Source: Pseudomonadota bacterium (GTDB taxonomy: Bacteria > Pseudomonadota > Alphaproteobacteria > Rhodobacterales > Rhodobacteraceae). From it: a stretch of DNA of 64,000 bases. The position numbers and the translations under genes were made by a program. Positions 39,858 through 49,100 of this stretch are shown here, in pieces. The notes beneath the pieces were generated by a model, which was not told the origin of the DNA, did not search any database, and worked only from the letters and a program-made list of their open reading frames with translations. The stretch is from NCBI GenBank assembly GCA_039199335.1, contig JBCCSY010000012.1, positions 28,973 to 92,972 on the forward strand, in the 5' to 3' direction. The first letter of the stretch is position 1, and every line of letters starts with the position of its first letter.

Positions 39858-40376
39858 TCAGCCGTGGCGGTGCGATTGCGGAAGGGCGCTCATGGGGAAG
39901 GGGCCGCAGGGATTGGTGAGTTGCGGTTGCACGCGCAAGGGCGTGTCGGGGTCGATCCCGCTTTCGTCGATGAAGATGCCGTTCACACAGATATCCTGCG
40001 CCCGGTTGCCGCCGTTGAAGCCGAAGCCCGGATTGCCGCAATCATTGGCATATCCGTTGGCGTTCCATTCCTGATAGGTGTCGTTTTCGCGAAAGCCGCC
40101 CATGGGAAATTCCAGCCGGTCGGCATCGAAGCGCAGGGTCCAGGATGTCCCCTCGGTCGCGTCGCGCATGGACCATTTGCCGAGGAAGGCATCGTCCTGC
40201 CAGCCCATGATCTCGAACCCCACGAGGTCGTCCTCGGTCAGAACGCCCTGGGCGCCGCCGGGCACCGTGATCCAGCCCTCGATGCGGTAGCCCTCGTCCC
40301 CCCGCCAGCAAAAGGCGTAGGTGCTGGCCTGGGCCGGGGCCGCGAGCGCGGCAAAGAGCAGGACGGCGCGGATCAT
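39858..40376 (-). CDS. hypothetical secreted protein
   Basis: Signal peptide MIRAVLLFAALAAPAQA/S. ATGA overlap with the folC stop, so it is the last gene of the accD-folC operon. No recognisable domain. Confidence 0.55.
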   Translation of the reverse strand: MIRAVLLFAALAAPAQASTYAFCWRGDEGYRIEGWITVPGGAQGVLTEDDLVGFEIMGWQDDAFLGKWSMRDATEGTSWTLRFDADRLEFPMGGFRENDTYQEWNANGYANDCGNPGFGFNGGNRAQDICVNGIFIDESGIDPDTPLRVQPQLTNPCGPFPMSALPQSHRHG

Positions 40377-41635
40377 ACGTTTTCCTGCAACACCTTTCCG
40401 GCAAGGTAAAGCGAGCCGCAGATCAGGATGCGGGCCTCGGGCGACGCGGCGACGATACGATCGACGGCCGCCGATAGATTGGGCGCCGTCTCTGCGGCGA
40501 TGCCTGCTTGACGCGCAGCCTCGCTGGTTTCGGCGGCGCTGAGCGTGTTCGTCTCGCCGGGGATGTCGACGGCCTGGAGCGCTGCGGCCTGGCCCGCCAA
40601 CGGACGCAGGAAGCCCGCGGCGTCCTTCGTTCGGAGCATCCCGCAGATCAGGTGCAGCGGGCGGTCCGGCAATCGAGAGAGACCTTCGGCTAAAGCCTTG
40701 CCAGCAGCGGGATTATGACCGCCATCGAGCCAGATTTCAGCCGGGTGCGCACGGGCGACCAGGGGGCCGCGCGACAGGTGCTGCAGCCGGGCGGGCCAGT
40801 GGGCGTCGCGCAACGCCGCCTCGGCCCCGTCGGCCCGGTCCAGGGCCCGCAAGGCGGCGATGGCGGCCCCGGCATTGGCCACCTGATGGGCGCCGATCAG
40901 GCGGGGCATGGGCAGGTCCATCAGGCCGGTTTCGTCCTGGAAGATCAGGCGCCCATGCTCCTCGCTGACATGCCAGTGTTGTCCATGGACCTGCAACGGT
41001 GCGTTGAGGCGTGCGGCACGATATTCGATCACGTCCAGCGCGGGTTCGGTCTGCGGGCCGACGATACAGGGCACGCCTGGCTTGAGGATCCCGGCCTTTT
41101 CGGCGGCGATGGCCTCGATCGTGTCGCCCAGGAACGCCTCGTGATCCATGGCGATGGGGGTGATGACGGTGAGCCGGGGATTGACGACATTGGTGGCGTC
41201 GAGCCGCCCGCCCAGGCCGACCTCCAGCAGGGTCCAGTCGGCGCGCGTGCGGGCGAAGGCCAGGAGCGCGGCGCAGGTGGTGATCTCGAAATAGGTGATG
41301 GGGGCGCCGCCATTGGCGGTCTCGCATTCCTCCAACAGACCGATCAGGGCATCGTCCCGGATCAGGTGGCCCGCCACGCGGATCCGTTCGTTGAAGCGCG
41401 CCAGATGGGGAGAGGTGTAGGCGTGGCAGCTTTCGCCCAGCCCCTCCAGCCCGGCGCGCAGCATGGCCAGGGTGGAGCCCTTGCCGTTGGTGCCCGCGAT
41501 ATGGACCACCGGCGGCAGCTGCGTTTCGGGATGGCCTAGCGCGTCCAGCAGGCGGTGGACGCGGTCGAGGACCAGGTCGATGACCTTGGGGTGCAAGCTC
41601 ATCAGACGGTCGAGGACCGCGTCGGGCGCGGTCAT
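40373..41635 (-). CDS. folC: dihydrofolate synthase / folylpolyglutamate synthase
   Basis: P-loop VHIAGTNGKGST and a Mur-ligase-like middle and C-domain. Classic accD-folC pairing. Confidence 0.9.
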   Translation of the reverse strand: MTAPDAVLDRLMSLHPKVIDLVLDRVHRLLDALGHPETQLPPVVHIAGTNGKGSTLAMLRAGLEGLGESCHAYTSPHLARFNERIRVAGHLIRDDALIGLLEECETANGGAPITYFEITTCAALLAFARTRADWTLLEVGLGGRLDATNVVNPRLTVITPIAMDHEAFLGDTIEAIAAEKAGILKPGVPCIVGPQTEPALDVIEYRAARLNAPLQVHGQHWHVSEEHGRLIFQDETGLMDLPMPRLIGAHQVANAGAAIAALRALDRADGAEAALRDAHWPARLQHLSRGPLVARAHPAEIWLDGGHNPAAGKALAEGLSRLPDRPLHLICGMLRTKDAAGFLRPLAGQAAALQAVDIPGETNTLSAAETSEAARQAGIAAETAPNLSAAVDRIVAASPEARILICGSLYLAGKVLQENV

Positions 41636-42561
41636 TCCTCCGCCGGCTCCGGCGTCGGTTCGGCCGGTTGGGTGGTTTCCACCGGCTTTGGCAGGTCGCC
41701 GCGGATCACGGGGCCGGCGCCCGTCAGCATCCGGATCACGGTGGCCAGTTCGTCCTTCAGCTCGCCGCGCGGCGTCACGCGGTCGAGCATGCCGTGATCC
41801 AGCAGATACTCGGCCCGCTGGAAGCCCTCGGGCAGCGTCTCGCGGACGGTCTGTTCGATGACGCGGGGACCGGCGAAGCAGATCAGCGCGTTGGGCTCGG
41901 CGATCTGGACGTCGCCCAGCATCGCGTAGGAGGCGGTGACGCCGCCGGTGGTCGGATGGGTCAGGACGACGATATAGGGCAGGCCCGCTTCCTTCAGCAT
42001 CTCCACCGCCACCGTGGTGCGCGGCATCTGCATCAGGGACAGGATGCCTTCCTGCATCCGCGCGCCCCCGGCGGCGGAGAAGACGATCAGCGGCAGCTTG
42101 CGCGCCAATGCGCGTTCGGCCGCAGCGACCATGGCATTGCCGACATACATGCCCATGGACCCGGCCATGAAGCCGAAATCCTGGCAGGCAGCGACGACGG
42201 GCGTGCGGTGGACTTCCCCTTCGGCCACCAGCATCGCTTCATGGGCGTCGGTGGCCTTGCGGGCCTCGCGCAGGCGGTCGGGATAGCGCTTCTGGTCACG
42301 GAATTGCAGCGGATCGGCGATGGGATCGGCGACCGGCACTTCGGTGAAGACGCCGCCATCGAAGAGCGCCTCGAAGCGTTCGCGGGCTGGAATATACATG
42401 TGGTGGCCGCAATTGGTGCAGACCCGCTGATTGTCCTTGAGTTCGCGGTGGAACAGCATCGTCCCGCATTCGTCGCACTTGGTCCAAAGGTTGTCCGGCA
42501 CTTCCCGGCGCGAGAAGAGCGAGTTGATCTTCGGACGGACGTAATTGCTGATCCAGTTCAT
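41632..42561 (-). CDS. accD: acetyl-CoA carboxylase carboxyltransferase beta subunit
   Basis: MNWISNYVRPKINSLF, the Zn ribbon CDECGTMLF...CTNCGHH, and GGARMQEG. Confidence 0.95.
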   Translation of the reverse strand: MNWISNYVRPKINSLFSRREVPDNLWTKCDECGTMLFHRELKDNQRVCTNCGHHMYIPARERFEALFDGGVFTEVPVADPIADPLQFRDQKRYPDRLREARKATDAHEAMLVAEGEVHRTPVVAACQDFGFMAGSMGMYVGNAMVAAAERALARKLPLIVFSAAGGARMQEGILSLMQMPRTTVAVEMLKEAGLPYIVVLTHPTTGGVTASYAMLGDVQIAEPNALICFAGPRVIEQTVRETLPEGFQRAEYLLDHGMLDRVTPRGELKDELATVIRMLTGAGPVIRGDLPKPVETTQPAEPTPEPAEE

Positions 42562-43114
42562 CGGACACCCTTGCTATCGCGTGCCGAGATAGGCGGACGG
42601 GCAGGTATTTGCAATTCGTGCCGCGCGGTGACGGCATGAGCGGGGATCGCGGCTAGCTTGGCTCAGATATCAGTCGTCGGGCGACTGGCATGCTGGCTGA
42701 CGGCGTGCCCGGTCGGCGCGGGGGCGCGTGTCCTGTGGGCCGTTCGAAGGTCGGCTTCGTGAGCCAAGATGACAGATGCTGCGGAACGGATGAACGACCG
42801 CTTCGGGTGTCTTAGATGGGTCTCGGCCCGCCAGCTGCCCTGTTTCAAATCGCAAGAACCACCCTTTTGGGATAGACGTTGTGTCCCGTGGCGACGTGCC
42901 GCGAGCGTACGCCATCGGCAACGGGGCCTCATCTGCTGCTCTCCTAGACGACGACCGCGCGGGGCTGCCGGATCATCCTGCCTATGATCCGCTTTCGCCC
43001 TTTCAGCGCCCGCGCACCGTGCCCACGCAGGCCGTTGCGTAGTCCCTTTGATTGCGCGCGGGTGGGGGCGGCGGAGACCCTAGAGAGCGCACCACCTATC
43101 CGGAGACGCCCCCT

Positions 43115-46100
43115 ATGAGCGAGCCCAAAATCGAGACTAACATCGCCACGGGCTGGGTCTGGGACGCGACTATGGATGACGCGGCCTTCGGCTTCGACGT
43201 CAGCGGCCATGCCGAGAATCCCGAAGGCGAGGGCGGCCTGCGCTCAGCCGACGTTCCGGCCGCTGACAATCCCACCGTGGACCCCCGGCTGAATAGCGCG
43301 GTGGACGCGCTCGGCGCGCGCTTGACGACGATCGCGCAAGAGAACCCGGCACGCCTGCGGCGCCTGTTGGGTGCGGCGTTCGGTGTGGACCTGCGCGATC
43401 CACAGAGCGCGGCGCGCATCGATGCGCTCGTGGCGCGCATCGCGGGCGGCGACGGGCCCTTGGGCAACCTAGCCCTGCCCGCAATTCGCCTTGTGGGCGA
43501 CGTGCTGCCCGAGGGACGTTGGGGCGCCTACGACGCGGGGGCCGAGGGCGGGGCAGGCGCGATCCTCCTCCACCACGACCTCGTGGGCGATCCGTCCACC
43601 CTGCCCGACGGCGCCCCCAGCTTGGACGCGGTGCTCGCCGAGGAGATGGGCCATCACTTCGACCACGTGCTCAACGGCGGCCCTGGCGGCCCTGGAGACA
43701 CACCCGGCGACGAGGGCGAAGCGTTTGCGCTGCTGCTCGCGGGGGCCGATCCGAACGACCCCGCCGTGCGGGCGACACGGGGGGAGGACGATTGGGGGCA
43801 GTTGGGGGATGGGACATGGGTGGAGTTCTCCAATGGGGAGACCATCGCCGCCAACGGCGAGGACGTGGAGACCTCCGATGCGGATGGAACAAGCGCCGAC
43901 CCCGAAGATGACCCGGACGTCGAACTGATCGATACCGTATCGGTGGAGGTACTTGAAGGAACCACTACGGGCGCAAACACCTACGTGCTGAGCGCGCCGG
44001 TCTACAAACGCGACACCGGGGGGCCGCTGAGCCCGTTCCGGGGCTACTTCACCGTCGACGCGAACGGCAACGAGGTGCCGCTGTCTGTCGTGTCCCCCGC
44101 CGCGGCGGAGGGCAGAACGATCGATGGCCTGCGCTCCGGCGCGTTCGAGGCACCGCAGATCGATTTCTACGAGAACACCCATAGGCTACGCGCTGGTGCC
44201 CAAGAGAACCGCAACAGCCCCCTGCGCGACGCCAATGCGCTGATCCCCAACGCCCGAGCCGACAGCACCGATGGTGCTGAGCTCTTCCACGCCCTCGACA
44301 ACGCTGGCTTCGACACCGATCCCGTGACGGTTCTGACCTCCAACGATAACCCTGAGTTCAGGCGGGGCTACGAGGACGCGCGTGACGGTCGGATCGTGCT
44401 AAACTGGCTGGAAGGTGCACAGATCGGCCTCGACCTCTTCGACAACGTATCTCCCCTCATCCAGGCGTCGCGGAACCGGGGGCTGGTTCGGACGCAGGAC
44501 TTCGACCCCGACGTCGGCGTGAAGCGATCAAGATCGGGCGGAAATTCGGACAGCGATTATATCACACCCGATCAAGATATTGCCAATACACCCACAAACT
44601 TTGACGGGGATCAGTTTGACACGAACGGCGGTTATATAACTCGGACAAATGATAGCGGAAGAAGAAGTCATTTTTCGCTCGACCTTGTGAATGGAACGTT
44701 CGGCGGCCTTTCGATCGTCGATGGTCCACCACCCTTCGTTCAAGCCGCAATCGCTGGGGACACGCCGGGAAGCAAAATCGCCGATGCGGTCGACTGGTAC
44801 TATCGCACCGACGATGACGCGACGAATACTCTCGGGGTTAGTAGGGAAGAAGCCGAGGATTTCATCTACGAGATGGAGAATGAGCCGCCCTATGCACAGT
44901 CGCCGGAAGCGCAGGAGTTCTACGCCGACTTCCAGAGTGCCGTTGGGGTCGCCGGTGCGTCCGTCGTGCATGCGCAGGACGCGAACGGCAACTACGTCGA
45001 ACTGTCGGACCCCCAGTTGGCGACCATCCTACGACTTCAACCGCAGGTTGATCTATCGTCGGATCAACAACAGCGACTGCAAGAGATTTGGGTCGAAGAG
45101 TTCGGTCCCGATGTCGAGTACGTCCCCTACGATGACCAAGACCTCGCGGACCTCCAGGCTCTGCTAAGTCCCGGGGCATCCGCGTCCTTCGACACGGTGA
45201 CGGATTGGTCGGCAGCGATCGGAAGAACGCTTTCGAACATGAGCAGCGGGTTGGGGGGCGCGGACGGGATTGCACCCGAACTGTCGGTGACGCTTGTCCG
45301 GAACGGGGACCAATGGCAGGCAGTGCCCAACCTCGCTGTGGGCGAGCCCGGCTCAATCGACACGAGCCTCAATTTCGGGGGTGCAGGCCAAGACGCCCTG
45401 GGCGGCGATGAGTTCTATGTCATTCACACGCATCCCGTGAATGACGGCGCGAATTTCGCTTTCGGATTATCATCCGGCGATTTCAGCGATACTCGCAAGG
45501 ACTATCTTGGCCTGCAGAAGCCCGTGACCATCGTCTCCGTGCAAGACAATTATCCGGATGCATTATCTTTTGCCCGTTTTGACAGTGATAGCGACGCACC
45601 GTCTCAGTTTGGTATCATAATCGGGAATGCGGATGATTTTGGCGGATCAATTCCAGATGTGATCCAACGTCCCTCAACATCCGATGCCCCACATAACGGT
45701 GTAGATGGTCTAGGCAACGATTTTATCCAGACCCGTGATCTTGATGGGATAGGAAAACTTCACGTTTATCGCCGAGACGGGAGTGAGGCGGTCCAGTTCT
45801 TCATTGAGCCGGACGGAACGGCACTGGCGCTAGAGGGCTTCGACGGTGCGGACCAGACAGCGCTTTCGGAGGCCGCGGGAGAAATACTGACCGATCTCCT
45901 GGATCCCGAAGCCGTCCAAGACGCCCTAGGCGACATAGATGCGTTGAATGGGTTGATCAACGAGGTGGAGGAGAGGCTCGAAGGCGATCTTCCCGAAATC
46001 AAGGATGATCTGCGGGACGGGGATCAGATTAGCCAGCACATCTTCTTGCAAGAGAACGGCATTACTCCCGACGGCGAGTACGCCATCGCCTCCAACGGTA

Positions 46101-49100
46101 CGGTCTCCGGGATAGGTCTCGTTTCCTTCCTCCCCGAGCCGGGCGAGGACGGCGTCTTCGCGGTGAACGAGAACGGACTGTTCGAGAACCTTGAGGACAT
46201 CATTCCGCGCGACGACGAGATCATCACCGGCCCCTTCCCACCCGAGCCCGTCTCGATCCTCACGCCTGACCAGCAAGCGTTCGCGGAGGACTACGACGCC
46301 TTTATCGCCGCGGGTGACACGCCCGAGGTGGCGTCGAGCAAGGCGTACGCGAACTACCAGATCGCCGTGCTCGACGGCGAGGGTGAGGGGTTCACGAACG
46401 ACGCGTACTTCGACGGGCGGGTGTCGGCGCGCGCAGATGATGCGCCGCCGATCGACGACGCGAGCCGTCCGGCCTACAACACCCTCTACGGCTACTACGC
46501 AGGGCTCGTCACGGAGGGGGCGGCGGGCGAGCCGGGGGCGCGCGCGACCCTCGAAGCCGCTGGCGTCCAGTACAACGAGGACGGTACGATCGATGAGACC
46601 GAGGGGTCGGTCGTGGCGCAGATCTCCAGAGCGGCCTTCGACATGGCCGTCGATCCAGCCATTGCAGCCGCCGTGCAGGGCATTTTCGACAACCCTGAAT
46701 TGTCGGCGGCCGAGAAGGACGCGGCGATTTCGGATCTGGTGGTGTCTGGGGGTGTGCCGGGCGCATCGGGGGATGGGAACCTGATCCTGGGGCAGCCGCG
46801 CGAGGAGGTATATCGTCAGCTTGATGAGGCCATCGGCAACGCTTTCGACGAGTCCAGCGAGAACTTCAGCCCGACGACGGGTTTCTTGCTGACGGGTGTG
46901 CGCAACATCATCCAATTTGCCGAAGATGAGGGTTTAGACAGCGCGTTCTTCGCTGATCTTCTGGACGGCAATTCACCGGCCTTAACCAATCTTCTCGGTC
47001 GGATCGGAGATGGGGAATATGCAGCCTTCGGCGAACTTGTTCCGGAGGTGGCGGAAGGGCTGAGGGATGCCGGTCTCGATCTGAGCGAGACAGATATTCT
47101 CAGCCTGACGGGGGCTTCTCTGGGGGGAGAGGCCGTTCGGCTCATCGGGTTGCAGGCGAATGACGGCGAAGGGGACGACGCGCTCGTCACAAGTGGCATC
47201 CTTGCTGAGGCGACCTCGGAGATCTGGGTGGAAGCCATCCGAGGGTCGGTGCGCGACGTCCCCGTGAGGGATCGGAATGGCGATATCGTAGTCGACGAAT
47301 TCGGCGAGGCCGTGACCGAGGAAGTCAGGGTCGATCTGACTGTTCAGATCGGCGACATCGTCGCCGACGCCGGCAATGAGCTTCTGAACTACTTCGGGAC
47401 CAAGTATGAAGAGCCGGCCCTGATCCAGGTCGGCGCTGGGGGGGAGTTCGGCTGGGAACTCTTCAAGGTCCTCGACGGCAGGCAAGGCGGCAGCGTGAAT
47501 AGCGCGGTCCAGGCTGGCGGTGCGTTCATCGCGTCATTCTTCGACGAAGAGACGGCGGCCGACATACGGGAAGGTTTCCGGGTCGGCGGCCAGATCTATG
47601 CCCTTGCTTCGGGCTCGACCGGCATCGGTGGAGCGGGCGTCGTCGCCATCGATGTCGTCGAGCTGTTCGGCGTGGATGTTTCGCCAGAAGTCGAATTCGC
47701 AGCCACGACAATCGCCCACTTGGCAAGCGGGCCCGTCGGCTGGGTCGCGCTGGGCGCCGATATCCTGGGTCGTATCCTTAGCATCGATACTTGGACGGTC
47801 AGCACACCCTATTGGGTGGATTTTGACGCCGACGGCGATTTGCTGATGGACGATGACAGCTTCATCGACACAGATTTCGGGACCAACTTCTTCCGTGAGG
47901 TCCATACCCTCGGCGGTGAGATCCGCTACGAGGTGAACGGGGTGAACCCGGACCTTTTGGAGGAGGCCACGTTCGAGCTGAAGTCGGATCCAGTGGTCGG
48001 TATCAGCGTGTCCTACGATTCTTCTTATGGGTATTCAGCAGCCCTGACTGTCAACGGCGAGAGGATCGATGGAAACTTTAGAACACCGTCGAGGGGGCGA
48101 GGTGGTGGAGACCCCACATCCGGAACCTTCACATCGCACGACGGCTCCATCTCGGTCGCCGTAGATATCTCCCATAGTGACGACGGCGGCGGAACGACGT
48201 ACCGCCTCAGGGATGGTGAAGCGGATCAGTTCGCGCCCAACTACCGGATCGAGATCGACGCCGATTATGGCGACCTCAATCCTGAAACCGGGCCGGAGAA
48301 TGTCTCGGAGACTGTTGGTCTGACGCGGGAGCAGTACGACGCGCTTGTCGTGGAGATCGGAGCGGATGGGCCGGTTACGCTGCAAGGGGACGATCCGTTG
48401 CTGAATGCCGGTCCGGGCTTCCCGCCTGGCACGCCCACCGGAAGCGTCTTGGCGGAAGTCATGGGCGGTCTCCAGGTCGACTTCAACAGCGACCGTCGCG
48501 TGGCCAATATCTACCAGTACCGCGATGTGAACGGCGACGGGAACGTCGACCTGATGCGATATGGGATCAATCAGGGCGGCGATGGCCTGAATGCCGGCGA
48601 CGAGCGCTATGAGATCACCCTTCTGGACGAAAACCGCGAACCGCTGGCGATCTACGATGCCGACGGCAATCGCCTGCAGAACCTGCCGACGATCAAGACA
48701 GCGACCGAGGAGGAGGCCGTCATGATCGGCGGGCTCACACCCTACCTCTTCCGTTGGGCCACAGCCCGGCCGGAATTGGGGGCGGCGGGACGCGATCCGG
48801 TTTCCATCTACAATGCCGTGGAGGAAGCTGGCCATCTCGATGAGATGATCGAGTTGCGCGATCTCGACTACCAGGCCAGCCAGACGGCGCAGACGCTTTC
48901 ACAGTTCGGCGATGCCGATGCGCTGGCGTCCGACGACCCCGATGTCTCGCAGGCTGCGGCCAACGACTTCGCCGCTAACTTGACGGCCGATCCCGAGACG
49001 GCACCGTTGCTCGACATCTTTGGCGGGATCGGAGACGCTGACCGCATTGAGGAGCTCCGCGCCGAGCTGGGCCTGTTCGACACCGCCGCCTATAGCGCAG

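Noticed and set aside
42881-43051. GTG-initiated 56-codon ORF (VSRGDVPRAYAIGNGASSAALLDDDRAGLPDHPAYDPLSPFQRPRTVPTQAVA)
   Set aside because: There is no SD, GC3 is only about 74% and no motif is recognisable. Possibly a small protein upstream of the giant gene, but the evidence is insufficient.
42562-43114. Looked for tmRNA (two-piece alphaproteobacterial ssrA with ANDN... tag), SRP/4.5S, 6S or RNase P RNA in the long accD-giant gene spacer
   Set aside because: I could find no tag-reading frame, no SRP GGAA/AGCA tetraloop-helix 8 motif and no convincing long-range helices by eye. I cannot support an ncRNA call without Infernal.
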